Shown here: positions 30,037 to 39,751 of the stretch, in pieces
Layout of the letters: the number at the start of each line of letters is the position of its first letter
Position numbering within the stretch: the stretch's first letter is position 1
Virus record (IMG/VR): IMGVR_UViG_3300022843_000001
Location: 1-64,000 of that record
Reading direction: 5' to 3' (one strand)
DNA: 64,000 nt
Source: a virus
Program-made: the position numbers and the translations under genes
The notes under the pieces: model-generated
What the model saw: the letters and a program-made list of their open reading frames with translations, nothing else
Database searches by the model: none
Told to the model about the DNA's origin: nothing

Positions 30037-30740
30037 GTATATTTAATCAGGTAAGAGATTATACAGGAGATGCAACAGGTCATTCAATCGATGCACTGAA
30101 ATCTGCTATAAGTAGGAAAGGTGGAGTTGCTCAGGCCAACATGTTTGGTATTTACATGAGTCAACCTTTTATCAATAGAGATCTTAACGCTATTGGGGCA
30201 AGTGTGCTTGCAGGTAATACAGACATAACACAAGTCTATAACGATCCACGGGATGTCTCATTTCTTTGTGAGTCGTGTTCTCTTCCTGGCAGAAGCATTG
30301 CAACTAACGATTATTCTACTTGGAATTCAAATGCAAAGAAAGTACCATACGGATTCATTAATGAAGATGTTACATTTACTTTTATTCTAACACAAGATTA
30401 TAGCATGAAGCGCTTCTTCGATAATTGGATGTCTAATATAATTGATTTTGATACAAGCAGAGCAAAATATCTTAATGATTTTGTAGAAGATGTTAATATT
30501 ATTCAAATGAGCAAGAATGGAACACCTATATACAATGTTCGTCTTATAGATGCTTATCCTATAACTGTGAATGCCATAGAATTAAGCACCGCATCAGAGA
30601 ACACGGTACAGAAATTGACCGTAACTTTAACTTACAAAAATTTTAAAGAGGAAGGATTGACAGACCTTGTTACCAACATTGGCAAATCATTAACCGATAA
30701 CACAAAAACATTGACTAACAGTGTGAAAGATTTATTTTAA
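30033..30740 (+). CDS. gp54: Baseplate-tail tube initiator gp54 (tail-tube fold)
   Basis: GGVAQANMF, FLCESCSLPGRSI, VRLIDAYPITVNAIEL; start MSIFNQ overlaps gp2 stop. Confidence 0.8.
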   Translation: MSIFNQVRDYTGDATGHSIDALKSAISRKGGVAQANMFGIYMSQPFINRDLNAIGASVLAGNTDITQVYNDPRDVSFLCESCSLPGRSIATNDYSTWNSNAKKVPYGFINEDVTFTFILTQDYSMKRFFDNWMSNIIDFDTSRAKYLNDFVEDVNIIQMSKNGTPIYNVRLIDAYPITVNAIELSTASENTVQKLTVTLTYKNFKEEGLTDLVTNIGKSLTDNTKTLTNSVKDLF

Positions 30741-30764
30741 ATAACTATATTTTGAGGATATATC

Positions 30765-31472
30765 ATGGCTTTACCAGTAATTACAGCACCAAAATACCAA
30801 TTGACAATACCGTCTACAGGTAAGAATATTGAATACAGACCATATTTGGTAAAAGAAGAAAAGATTTTAGTTCTGGCTCTTGAGTCTGAGAATTCTAATC
30901 AAATGATTAGAGCAATACGGGACATTATTAATATTTGCACCTTTAAAAATGTAGATGCAAACACACTCACAATATTTGATCTTGAATTTGTGTTTTTAAA
31001 ATTAAGAGCAGTGTCGGTAGGTGGTAGTACTTCTCTAAAGATAAAATGTGTTGACTGTGAATCATACACTGAAATAGATCTCAACCTCGATCATGTTAAA
31101 ATAAAAGGCGAAATGAAATCTGATGTAAAAATTCAACTCAACGATGATGTTGGCGTTATCATGAGATATCCAACAGTAAAAGGCACACTACTTGGTGCTA
31201 ATACCGCAGACACAGATGATTACTCTACAGCAATATCAACTATAGCCTCATGCATAGAGACCATTTATGATGCCGAGAATACTCACAGTGCGGATGCATC
31301 AACAAAAGAAGAACTTATTGATTTTATAGAATCGTTAAGTCAAGAACAATTTGCAAAAATTAACACATTTTTTAATGATATGCCTACATTGTCTCATGAT
31401 GTAGATTTTGATTGTAAATCATGTGGTACAAATAAGACAACTACGATTAAAGGCCTTCAGAGTTTTTTCTGA
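30765..31472 (+). CDS. gp26: Baseplate hub assembly protein gp26
   Basis: MALPVITAPKYQLTIPSTGK..YRPYLVKEEKILVLA; ends GLQSFF. Confidence 0.93.
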   Translation: MALPVITAPKYQLTIPSTGKNIEYRPYLVKEEKILVLALESENSNQMIRAIRDIINICTFKNVDANTLTIFDLEFVFLKLRAVSVGGSTSLKIKCVDCESYTEIDLNLDHVKIKGEMKSDVKIQLNDDVGVIMRYPTVKGTLLGANTADTDDYSTAISTIASCIETIYDAENTHSADASTKEELIDFIESLSQEQFAKINTFFNDMPTLSHDVDFDCKSCGTNKTTTIKGLQSFF

Positions 31473-31657
31473 TAGCCCTTTCTCATGAATCGTTAGTATC
31501 TTTATATAAAACAAATTTTGCTTTAATGCAACACCACAATTATGCATTAAGTGATCTAGATAATATGATACCATGGGAAAGGGAGATATATGTCACAATG
31601 CTTGCGGCACATATCGAAGCAGAAAATGAACGAATCGAAAAGGAAAATAGAAAATAA
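31469..31657 (+). CDS. gp51: Baseplate hub assembly catalyst gp51 (not in ORF track; no ATG at conserved N-terminus)
   Basis: LIALSHESLVSLYKTNFALMQHHNYALSDLDNMIPWEREIYVTMLAAHIE..; MIPWEREIY is the gp51 signature; first ATG only at 31526. Confidence 0.88.
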   Translation: MIALSHESLVSLYKTNFALMQHHNYALSDLDNMIPWEREIYVTMLAAHIEAENERIEKENRK

Positions 31658-31944
31658 TGTCAATGCAAGATATGGACAATGACGGTAAAATTTCAAGCAA
31701 TGATCTTGAGTTAAATAAGATCATGCAAGAATTGGATAGAGCTGAAGAAAAAGCAAACGCGCAGATGATGATGGCGTGGATTGCTTTGATCATGACTGTG
31801 TTCTTCACGGGTATGCTTTTTACTCCTATTATATCAACTGACCGCATTGCCGCATTATCAAATGTTCTTGATTGGTTTTATATAACTCAGGCATCCATCG
31901 TGTGTGGATTTATGGGCGTTACTGCCTATGCAAATAGGAAATAG
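31657..31944 (+). CDS. Small two-TM membrane protein
   Basis: DMDNDGKIS N-term, two hydrophobic segments; TAATG coupling. Confidence 0.65.
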   Translation: MSMQDMDNDGKISSNDLELNKIMQELDRAEEKANAQMMMAWIALIMTVFFTGMLFTPIISTDRIAALSNVLDWFYITQASIVCGFMGVTAYANRK

Positions 31945-31946
31945 AC

Positions 31947-33707
31947 ATGGCAGAATCAACATTAAAAGACATTTCAAAACAACTTGCTGAAGAAGGATCT
32001 CATAACAGAGAATCTTTAGAGTCCGTTAAAGAAGTAATTATGAAAAGCGCGGCCGCTACGTCTTTGGGCCCGTCCGCAAGTTCTCGCGCTATAAATGCAT
32101 TTATTACGGGTATGAAGCAGGACAACCTTGCCAACATCGAAAGAGCAAATGAATCTGCCAGAAGAGCAGAAGCTGTAGAAGATGCAGTTAAGGAGAACAC
32201 AAAAACATTATCTGAGGAAATTTCAAACATTGACACATCTTTTGATTTGGGGTTTGCCATTCCTACATTAATTGCAGGTATACTTGGTACACTAGTCGGC
32301 GTGTTGTCTGGCGCTCTTATAGGTGGAATATTAGGTGCATTTAAGGAAGCAAAGCTTTGGGGCAAACTTATAGACAAATTAACGGGTGGTGTTATTTCAA
32401 GAATGCTCGCTGCTTTTAAGATTCAAAACATTCGAATGGTGTTTATGGGTCAGATGGGCAAAATATCTACGGCACTTGGAAACGTTGGCGCTACTCTTAC
32501 TTCCATTGTAGATAAATTTAAAACCTTTGGTGCTAGCATAAAAGCATCTATAGGTAATAGCAAAATTGCAAAGTTTATTATGGGTGTCGGTGATTTTATA
32601 ACAAAACAAGCAACTGAAATTAAAAACACATTTGTAATAGCCAAGACTGCTATTACTGGATTATTTTCTGGCATTGGTGGCGGTGGTGGTGGCGGTATTT
32701 TCTCCACGATAAGCAAAGGCTTTGGTGTAGTAACAAAATTTCTTGGTGGTTTTGCCTCTTTGTTCAGTGGCATAGGAACAGTTGCAGGAAAAGTTGCAGG
32801 TTTTGTAGGCAAGATATTTTTACCTTTACGTGCTGTTATGGTATTATTTGATACAGTAATGGGTGCCTGGGATGGGTTTCAAAAAGAAGGTATACTTGGA
32901 GGCATCAAAGGAGCAATAAAAGGTTTGTTTAAAGGTTTAATTGGAAGTGTATTAGACTTAGTAAAAGACGGCATTTCTTGGGTTGCTGAAAAGTTTGGAT
33001 TTGGTGAGATTTCCGCAAGCTTGGATAGTTTTAGTTTTAGCGAGGAATTCGATAAAATTATAGACGCGGTTTTTGCCGTTGTTGGAGATGCTTTTAAATG
33101 GATATCTGGTATATTTAGCGGAGTTAGTAAATCCTTTATGGGTGCCGTTGATTCCTTTGTTGCATTTGATACAACAAAATTTCTGGCAGATATGGGTGCC
33201 AGTATTATGTCTGTTGTTAATAAACTTGTGGATAATGTTATTGGATTATTTAAAGGGTCGGGTAGCGCAATAATGGATGCAGTTGGTAACATCGGTGATA
33301 TGTATAGAAATTTTTATGCATCTATACTTAGATTTATATTACCAACCCCTAACGCAAATGCAGAATGGTACGACATTGGCAATCTTATATCAAAGGTAAT
33401 ACCAGAAAGTGTTTATAAGTTTGCAGGTCTAGACAAAACTACGGGAGAAAGAGTACCGATGGAAAGTATTATGGATATGGTACTTCCTAATACAGACATG
33501 GTACCTTCTCAGATTGCTGGAGATACAGTATCAACATTGTCAAGAAGCATGGCAAGCCAACAAGCACCGATTGTTGTCATAGAAGGATCTAAGGGTGCTA
33601 AGGCAGGCGATAATAATAGTGATAACAGCATCAACTCTTTTTATGGTTCTAGTGCTGCTTCGACAGGTAAGAATTTTACAGGGCGATCTTTAAACAGAAA
33701 ATACTAA
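31947..33707 (+). CDS. Tape measure / baseplate hub gp29-like protein
   Basis: Gly/Ala-rich amphipathic helical repeats; follows gp26-gp51. Confidence 0.75.
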   Translation: MAESTLKDISKQLAEEGSHNRESLESVKEVIMKSAAATSLGPSASSRAINAFITGMKQDNLANIERANESARRAEAVEDAVKENTKTLSEEISNIDTSFDLGFAIPTLIAGILGTLVGVLSGALIGGILGAFKEAKLWGKLIDKLTGGVISRMLAAFKIQNIRMVFMGQMGKISTALGNVGATLTSIVDKFKTFGASIKASIGNSKIAKFIMGVGDFITKQATEIKNTFVIAKTAITGLFSGIGGGGGGGIFSTISKGFGVVTKFLGGFASLFSGIGTVAGKVAGFVGKIFLPLRAVMVLFDTVMGAWDGFQKEGILGGIKGAIKGLFKGLIGSVLDLVKDGISWVAEKFGFGEISASLDSFSFSEEFDKIIDAVFAVVGDAFKWISGIFSGVSKSFMGAVDSFVAFDTTKFLADMGASIMSVVNKLVDNVIGLFKGSGSAIMDAVGNIGDMYRNFYASILRFILPTPNANAEWYDIGNLISKVIPESVYKFAGLDKTTGERVPMESIMDMVLPNTDMVPSQIAGDTVSTLSRSMASQQAPIVVIEGSKGAKAGDNNSDNSINSFYGSSAASTGKNFTGRSLNRKY

Positions 33708-34162
33708 GTAGATTTTGCTTTTTCAAAATGAGGGCCGTCTATAAATGGGCGGCGTCCTTGAGATACTCTTAATGAAATATACGCGAAGTGTTCATCTTCC
33801 ATCGAATTCGGAGATTTTGTGATATCGGGTAAATGCCAAGCACCGCCCCATCGTAATGGTTTCTTTGCCTTGATAGCCGCAGTTTTCATCGCTTCTGCTA
33901 TAGTCCAATAGGTGGACATCTCCCAAGAGACTTCTCCACCAATGTACCCGACAACATCAAATGCTTCGCCAACGATGTGTTTTGATTTCATGGTGGTTGA
34001 CGCACCACGCGCTACTAATTCCTTTTGACGTTGCTTCGTGCGAAGTCCTTCCGTGACCCCAAAATCTAATTCAGTAATCTTTATTGCATTCTTTACAACT
34101 TCTATTAGATCATCATCAACACCCTTAAGTTTGTCAAGTGATCGCTTCGATAGTTTAAACAT
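33704..34162 (-). CDS. Endolysin, peptidase M15 (L-Ala-D-Glu endopeptidase type)
   Basis: FKLSKRSLDKLKGV, TEGLRT..RQKELV, MKSKHIVGEAFD, WGGAW, DGPHFE. Confidence 0.9.
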   Translation of the reverse strand: MFKLSKRSLDKLKGVDDDLIEVVKNAIKITELDFGVTEGLRTKQRQKELVARGASTTMKSKHIVGEAFDVVGYIGGEVSWEMSTYWTIAEAMKTAAIKAKKPLRWGGAWHLPDITKSPNSMEDEHFAYISLRVSQGRRPFIDGPHFEKAKST

Positions 34163-34175
34163 AATTGTCTCCTAT

Positions 34176-34201
34176 AAAAATGGGCCCCGTTTCCGAGGCC
34201 C
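34176..34201 (-). terminator. Rho-independent terminator after gp32
   Basis: GGGCC...GGCCC stem followed by TTTTT. Confidence 0.6.
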
Positions 34202-34207
34202 TAGCAT

Positions 34208-35116
34208 TTAACTATTTGCTAATTTTGCAAAATAGTCCATTGTATCGTCATCATCGGCAGGATCATTATTGCTTGCCTCTGGTTTCGATTTTTGCTCTGC
34301 AGCTTCCTTTGATTTAGGCTCTGGAGCATCCATTTGATCTTCCGTTGAAATCGCTTCTGCGGTAGACATTGGAGCTGTTGCACCAAGAACACGAGCCAGT
34401 TTTGCCTTCAACTCAGCATATGGCTTGAAATTCGATGGGTCGGTGTATTTTGCCAACGGTTCAAGTTTACCATAAAACTCTTCAAGTTTTGCATCATCAC
34501 CCTTTAGAAAAGGTGACGCAGCAGCAAATTCTGACTTATCATAATTTACCCAACCTTCGACCTTTCGGATTTTGACTTTAAAATCCGCACCACCCCAGAA
34601 ATCAAATGGGTTAACCGCTTCTTCGTCATCAAATTCTGGTTGCATAGAATCCATGATCTTATCAAAGATTTTCTTGCCGAACTTGTATTGCATAATTTTG
34701 CCTTCGTTGGCAGGATTAGCAGCATCAGCAACTACGAAGATGTTTGCAACATAATGCAACCTACGTTTTTGCTTACGAGCAAGTTCTTTGTCGTCGTCAG
34801 CACCAGTTGCCCACAATCTAGAGTTGTGTTCGGAGACAGGGTCGTCTTCACCTAGTGTTGTACGAGAGTTTTCGATATACCATTGACCTGTAGGTCCTTG
34901 AAATCCGTGGTCCCAAAAACGCACCCATGGCAATTCTTCGCCTTCGGCAGCAGGGAGGAAACGAATAACCGCGTAACCATTGCCCGACTTATCTCGAGTT
35001 GGTTTCCAAATGTTATCATCTCCATAAGACTTCTTTCCACCACCAACATTTTCAGCGGCGGCGGTCATGGCTTTAAGTGCATCAGCACGAGACTTTTTCA
35101 TATTACTAAACGACAT
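34208..35116 (-). CDS. gp32: Single-stranded DNA-binding protein gp32
   Basis: WKPTRDKSGNGYAVIRFLPA, GPTGQWYIENS, YKFGKKIFDK, FDFWGGADFK, acidic tail. Confidence 0.97.
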   Translation of the reverse strand: MSFSNMKKSRADALKAMTAAAENVGGGKKSYGDDNIWKPTRDKSGNGYAVIRFLPAAEGEELPWVRFWDHGFQGPTGQWYIENSRTTLGEDDPVSEHNSRLWATGADDDKELARKQKRRLHYVANIFVVADAANPANEGKIMQYKFGKKIFDKIMDSMQPEFDDEEAVNPFDFWGGADFKVKIRKVEGWVNYDKSEFAAASPFLKGDDAKLEEFYGKLEPLAKYTDPSNFKPYAELKAKLARVLGATAPMSTAEAISTEDQMDAPEPKSKEAAEQKSKPEASNNDPADDDDTMDYFAKLANS

Positions 35117-35213
35117 TTAATTTACCTTTATTTTATTATTGCAGTGTATTACAGTGTATTATTCAATGTATCATTATATAGTGTATTATATATACAAATT
35201 GAGTAACAGTACT

Positions 35214-35242
35214 ATTATAACATAAACAGCACCGTTTGTCAA
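35214..35242 (-). promoter_or_regulatory. Sigma70 promoter for gp32
   Basis: TTGACA-17-TATAAT. Confidence 0.8.
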
Positions 35243-35254
35243 CATATAGTTAAG

Positions 35255-35839
35255 TCAAAAAATTTGAATAATATCTTTTTTTATCTTTTCAGATAATGTT
35301 TTGCTCATAATGAATGGAGTATAGTTCTTTATCTTTGCAGACAATTCTGGCCAGAGTATAGTATCAACCACTTTTTTGTTTGCGTGATCGACAAAGCCAG
35401 TCAGACTGTTTAAAACAACTACCGTCTCTAACAGCACTTCTTTCGACAAATATTCATGTATAATAGAAGGATAAGTTTTACCTTCCATACTTAAAACCGT
35501 GTCGAAGTTGGTGTATTTAGATTCCATCTTATATAAGTCTTGCTTGATATTATAACTCAATGACTCATTAACTTTTAACCAATTTTGATATTCCTCCTCG
35601 TTATTTAACATATCACCAACCCACTTGCAATCATTTACAAAGTGGGCCACATAGTATTTGATTAACTCTTCCTTATCATCAAAGCGCTTCGCAACCTTTG
35701 CAAAGAAATATTTGTCTTTTCTTTTCCAAAAAGACTGTTGTGTTGCACTAGTTTTAAATCGATACTTGATAGCATCGTATTTAGATGTAAAATGCAACTT
35801 CAGCGCGTTATGATAAGAATAAGCATCAAATGATTCCAT
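35255..35839 (-). CDS. gp59: Helicase loader gp59
   Basis: Y.ALKLHFTSKYDAIKY..KRKDKYFF.K, LLETVVVL, YTPF. Confidence 0.9.
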   Translation of the reverse strand: MESFDAYSYHNALKLHFTSKYDAIKYRFKTSATQQSFWKRKDKYFFAKVAKRFDDKEELIKYYVAHFVNDCKWVGDMLNNEEEYQNWLKVNESLSYNIKQDLYKMESKYTNFDTVLSMEGKTYPSIIHEYLSKEVLLETVVVLNSLTGFVDHANKKVVDTILWPELSAKIKNYTPFIMSKTLSEKIKKDIIQIF

Positions 35840-36075
35840 TAGACAGGTAATGTGTTACCGCCCTTGATGTAATTTAAACGCACCGCCTCACCTTCAAGTT
35901 TATCTTTAACAATATCAGATAAGAACTTGTTAGCATCCTCGGGATACAGTTCATGCTTTTCACATAACATTAGGATAGCATCCATATATCCCATTTTGTT
36001 TTTTGTGACCTCGTGTTCGACCATAGAAGAAAATTTCTTCTTGGTGATCATTTTTTCCTCTACGGCGGCTATCAT
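35839..36075 (-). CDS. gp33: Late transcription coactivator gp33
   Basis: TKKKFSSMVE..YMDAIL..CE..IVKDKLEGEAVRLNYIK. Confidence 0.9.
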   Translation of the reverse strand: MIAAVEEKMITKKKFSSMVEHEVTKNKMGYMDAILMLCEKHELYPEDANKFLSDIVKDKLEGEAVRLNYIKGGNTLPV

Positions 36076-36341
36076 TCAGGTAACATCGTAGAAAATTCAG
36101 TTACATTGTCAACCCTAAAGGATCTCCAATCTTCCGCTACAACGTCATAGACTGCAAGAACTTTATCGGTGCGCGCCGCCTTTTCCTTTTGTGGAGCTAT
36201 ATTGGGAGTTGGCGCAGGTGGAATTGAATCCGAGTTTAAGGTACATTCCATAACCCGAAGATCCCCATTAACTTTGGTGAATGTTACTTTGCAGTTTGAA
36301 CTTCTCAGTTCAGACACCATTTCTTCTCTTGTCATTATCAT
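36072..36341 (-). CDS. Conserved T4-like SH3/WYL-like small protein
   Basis: VTFTKVNGDLRVMECTL..VYDVVAEDWRSFR. Confidence 0.75.
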   Translation of the reverse strand: MIMTREEMVSELRSSNCKVTFTKVNGDLRVMECTLNSDSIPPAPTPNIAPQKEKAARTDKVLAVYDVVAEDWRSFRVDNVTEFSTMLPE

Positions 36342-36370
36342 TATATTGCCTATTTGTTTGTAGTGTAACT

Positions 36371-36399
36371 ATTATAACACAGATAGCATCAATTGTCAA
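36371..36399 (-). promoter_or_regulatory. Sigma70 promoter
   Basis: TTGACA-17-TATAAT. Confidence 0.8.
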
Positions 36400-36532
36400 T
36401 CTTTATTTGAAATGTCTATTCAGATACGGCACTTTGCCATCTATTGTTATTATTTTTGTCACTTCGTTTGTGTGATTGTTGGGATGTTCTCTCAATGCAG
36501 GTATTCGGTCTTTGGATAATCGAATCTTTACA

Positions 36533-36763
36533 TTACCCATTATGTTTAACTCCTGTATTGAATTCTTGAGGGCCTTCGGTGGTGAATTCCATACCAGCAA
36601 TATTGCCGACATAAGTTTTACCATTCCACCGCATATGAATTTTGTTATGTGCAATGAATGCATTTAATGATTCACCCACCTTTACATTATCCACCTCTGC
36701 CTCAACCGCTTTATCATTGCGAGTGTTTATGATTATTGCTGTCTTTGCAAAATATGTGCTCAT
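36533..36763 (-). CDS. Conserved hypothetical protein
   Basis: Start MSTYF overlaps upstream stop (ATGA). Confidence 0.6.
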   Translation of the reverse strand: MSTYFAKTAIIINTRNDKAVEAEVDNVKVGESLNAFIAHNKIHMRWNGKTYVGNIAGMEFTTEGPQEFNTGVKHNG

Positions 36764-36954
36764 AGAGAATTCATCGCTGTGTAACATAATGCAGTTGCAA
36801 ATGCACCTAACCAATGATAAATGTTAAGTTTATACCCACGGTCGTGAATAATCGATCTGATCAAAGTGGCGATAATTACAGGCACCAGTGAAAAGAAAAC
36901 CAACAGAACAACAATGTTGATAATATACGGAAGCAAAATTTCTAATAAACTCAT
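36760..36954 (-). CDS. Small membrane protein
   Basis: Two hydrophobic stretches, coupled ORF. Confidence 0.5.
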   Translation of the reverse strand: MSLLEILLPYIINIVVLLVFFSLVPVIIATLIRSIIHDRGYKLNIYHWLGAFATALCYTAMNSL

Positions 36955-37187
36955 AATTTAATCTCTTTAGTGGATATATCTTTTATTCGTCGAATTCTAA
37001 GATTGATATAATGATTATATTCAAGACCGATCATGTCTCCAATCTCAAGATGCGTCATAAATTTTCTAACACCTTCAGATGTTGTCATAACAAAATCGTC
37101 GGGATACATATCAAAGAACTCTTGGAGAGTTAGTATTTCATAATCTCCTTGATAATCAATGTCATATTTACGGACCTTGAATAACAT
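36951..37187 (-). CDS. Hypothetical protein
   Basis: Coupled ORF in early cassette. Confidence 0.55.
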   Translation of the reverse strand: MLFKVRKYDIDYQGDYEILTLQEFFDMYPDDFVMTTSEGVRKFMTHLEIGDMIGLEYNHYINLRIRRIKDISTKEIKL

Positions 37188-37188
37188 A

Positions 37189-37500
37189 TTATACGACTAC
37201 GATAGCGTTTTTCTTTTCGCGATATTCAACACCGCGAGCACGAATACATTTAAAACCATCGGCACCGCCAAATTCGATTTCTTCATTCGGATCAAGATCT
37301 AGATCATTCATCATCTCGTTTGTTACAAGAGAGTAACGACCCTTAAGCAAGGTATGAACCTTTGCAAATTTATATTCAACAGTGATTTCTTTAGAGTGTG
37401 ATATCAATGAACCTAGTCCACCTGACTTCAGGTTGTCCATACAGAATTCAGAGTAACGGCCGCCGTTTGAGTCAGTAGTTTGGAAAGCAGGATTGTACAT
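37189..37500 (-). CDS. Hypothetical early protein (start MYNPAF)
   Basis: Downstream of repeated early promoter/leader. Confidence 0.6.
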   Translation of the reverse strand: MYNPAFQTTDSNGGRYSEFCMDNLKSGGLGSLISHSKEITVEYKFAKVHTLLKGRYSLVTNEMMNDLDLDPNEEIEFGGADGFKCIRARGVEYREKKNAIVVV

Positions 37501-37532
37501 ATTTTTAGTCTCTTCAATTAATTTATACATAT

Positions 37533-37561
37533 ATTATACCATGGTTGGGGTATAATGTCAA
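37533..37561 (-). promoter_or_regulatory. Early sigma70 promoter of repeated cassette
   Basis: TTGACA-17-TATAAT plus shared leader TATAAATTAATTGAAGAGACTAAA. Confidence 0.9.
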
Positions 37562-37613
37562 CAACTAATTTCAGTTTAGTTATAATTAGTTGTTATATCG
37601 TTAGAATTAGTTG

Positions 37614-37928
37614 TTATACGATTGCATAATCAGCAGGAGAATTGTCTACTAATTGTCTCGCGGCTTCTTTCATGATACAAACCAAACCAGACAATGTCGG
37701 GCCGTCACCAGCTAATCTTAACAAGGCTACAGTAGAAGAAGAAGGATAGGCTATCGCATCCCAATGTTTGACCGATGTTATATCATTAAAATATTGGTCA
37801 TCACTTTTAAGCAACAATTCGATGGAAAATCGTTGCAGCACACGATTTCGAGTTTCCTCTGTGACAAATTGAGCATAATATTCGCGGTGATTGCATTTTC
37901 TGTTTAGATAATCATTTCTTGATAACAT
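37614..37928 (-). CDS. Hypothetical early protein
   Basis: Directly follows repeated promoter/leader. Confidence 0.65.
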   Translation of the reverse strand: MLSRNDYLNRKCNHREYYAQFVTEETRNRVLQRFSIELLLKSDDQYFNDITSVKHWDAIAYPSSSTVALLRLAGDGPTLSGLVCIMKEAARQLVDNSPADYAIV

Positions 37929-37959
37929 AATTTAGTCTCTTCAATTAATTTATAGATGT

Positions 37960-37988
37960 ATTATATCATAGACTTATTATAATGTCAA
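37960..37988 (-). promoter_or_regulatory. Early sigma70 promoter of repeated cassette
   Basis: TTGACA-17-TATAAT; palindrome at 38009-38023. Confidence 0.9.
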
Positions 37989-38075
37989 CAACTTTGTTAT
38001 AATTAGTTGTTATATCGATATAAGAAGTTCGTCAAGTGCAGTTATATAACTTTTTGCCTCGTTTCTTCGTTCTGC

Positions 38076-38633
38076 TTATGACACACCTTCTTTAAAGTCT
38101 ATGGCCATTTGTTTGGCATCTTCCATAGTTTTTGCTACCCATTCACCTCGCCCTAGATCTGATATACGATGCAAACAACCGCCAATAGTGTTATGAAGAC
38201 TTAAGTTTGGAGTAGTGTTCGTATACTCCCACTTGATATCGTAACATTTTTCGCCTTGCTCTTCAACGATGCCATCGCATCTGACGTTAATGTGGTATTC
38301 ATCCTTCCAAAAATCAATAGCGGCTTGTTTGTCGTCCTCTGGATTATTTGCTATATAATGACAATCACCTTTTACGCAAGTAGACCCAACTTTAAAGCCG
38401 TTCAGTGCACGATGACTCCAACCAAACCATTCTTTTTGTAGAGGACTATACCCAACACCATGTGTCAATTGTTCTGTGATTTCAAGCTTTGCAAGAATCT
38501 CAACCTGATCTTCCATACCAACGTGAGTAATATAAGACTCGTCAAAATTGCTAAAGTAGCAATCCATGTCTTCATCGCAAATATTATAGGGTTTGATATA
38601 CGCTACTTGTGCTAACCATTCTTTTGTATTCAT
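38076..38633 (-). CDS. Hypothetical protein
   Basis: 185-aa ORF, WFGWSHRA motif. Confidence 0.65.
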   Translation of the reverse strand: MNTKEWLAQVAYIKPYNICDEDMDCYFSNFDESYITHVGMEDQVEILAKLEITEQLTHGVGYSPLQKEWFGWSHRALNGFKVGSTCVKGDCHYIANNPEDDKQAAIDFWKDEYHINVRCDGIVEEQGEKCYDIKWEYTNTTPNLSLHNTIGGCLHRISDLGRGEWVAKTMEDAKQMAIDFKEGVS

Positions 38634-38848
38634 AATTTAATCCTGTGTATTATCCACCAAGAACCAGAGTGTTTTCTTCTGAGTTGTCGGCAATTAATAT
38701 ATGTTTTGGTTCAAAGTCTACATAACAACAAGCATCGGCGTCGAATGTTGACGCCTTTAAATCTCCATATAAAAGCAAGTCGGTTTCTAATTTGGCAATA
38801 ATTTCTGAAATCATCATAATTTAGTCTCTTCAATTAATTTATAGATGT

Positions 38849-38877
38849 ATTATACCACAACTATGATGTAATGTCAA
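38849..38877 (-). promoter_or_regulatory. Early sigma70 promoter of repeated cassette
   Basis: TTGACA-17-TATAAT plus shared leader. Confidence 0.9.
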
Positions 38878-38919
38878 CAACATATTTAGAACTTGTAGTT
38901 ATATTGTTATAATTTTTAA

Positions 38920-39183
38920 TTATATCGCAAAATGCGCGCCGACACCCTCAGACCACACAAGCAATTTGTTTAACGCTTCTTTTGGTGTACCGCACGAATC
39001 AGCCGTACCTAGATGAGATATAACTAACGCCTCGTCAACCACATATTTCCATTCTTCAAGCTCTGCAACCTTTGCCCGTAGAATGTAAATTTCAGGATCT
39101 GTCCAATCAACGTTGCAACAACACTCACTGCTACTATATGCAAAGCATTTACATCCTTTTCCTGCGTAATAATCTTCATTCAT
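38920..39183 (-). CDS. Hypothetical Cys-containing protein
   Basis: CKC..ECCC, coiled coil. Confidence 0.55.
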   Translation of the reverse strand: MNEDYYAGKGCKCFAYSSSECCCNVDWTDPEIYILRAKVAELEEWKYVVDEALVISHLGTADSCGTPKEALNKLLVWSEGVGAHFAI

Positions 39184-39343
39184 AATAAAATACCAAACTT
39201 GATTTAATAAAAACTTTTAAAAATTGGGTCTGCACCTCGACTAGGTAACTCAGAATCCACGGTTCTTTTTGTCTCGCCACAAAACGTTGTTGGATGTCGC
39301 ACCAGAGTGAATTTTCATCACATAGGATATTTCTATTAGTTCA

Positions 39344-39691
39344 TCATCCATTATTTTTCTCTATATGTTTGCATTTGCGCCGAAATTTAAATCCAGGGCA
39401 AGTGCATGATAATTTTCCTTCAACATCAGACACAACATAATTAGTGCCTTTGCTGCCTTGGACAACCCAAGTGATACCTTCTGGTACAGCAGGGGCAGAA
39501 GCATCATTTCGACTACACAAAGTTCTGAACTTACGGCGGGACTTGCTGAATCTCTTCATCGGATTGATGAACTCTTTATATTCACCATTTGGCGGCTGGT
39601 ACCCTACAAGAGCACCGCTATCATTGACATGATACATACCGCCTGGGTATTCCCAATCAGTGATTTCTTCTAATACCGTAATTGATGCCAT
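39344..39691 (-). CDS. SWIM zinc-finger protein
   Basis: CTCPGFKFRRKCKHI (CxC-x7-CxH). Confidence 0.8.
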   Translation of the reverse strand: MASITVLEEITDWEYPGGMYHVNDSGALVGYQPPNGEYKEFINPMKRFSKSRRKFRTLCSRNDASAPAVPEGITWVVQGSKGTNYVVSDVEGKLSCTCPGFKFRRKCKHIEKNNG

Positions 39692-39722
39692 AATATAGTC
39701 AACCTTAATTTCTTATATAACT

Positions 39723-39751
39723 ATTGTATCATAATCTTTGTGTAATGTCAA
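39723..39751 (-). promoter_or_regulatory. Sigma70 promoter
   Basis: TTGACA-17-TACAAT. Confidence 0.7.

Noticed and set aside
32000-33292. Minus-strand ORFs within the tape-measure gene
   Set aside because: Antisense shadows of a Gly/Ala-rich coding region
37500-37530. N-terminal MYKLIEETK/MYKLIEESH shared by ORFs 37530 and 59763
   Set aside because: This is the repeated promoter leader read in frame; true starts are downstream (37500, 59733)
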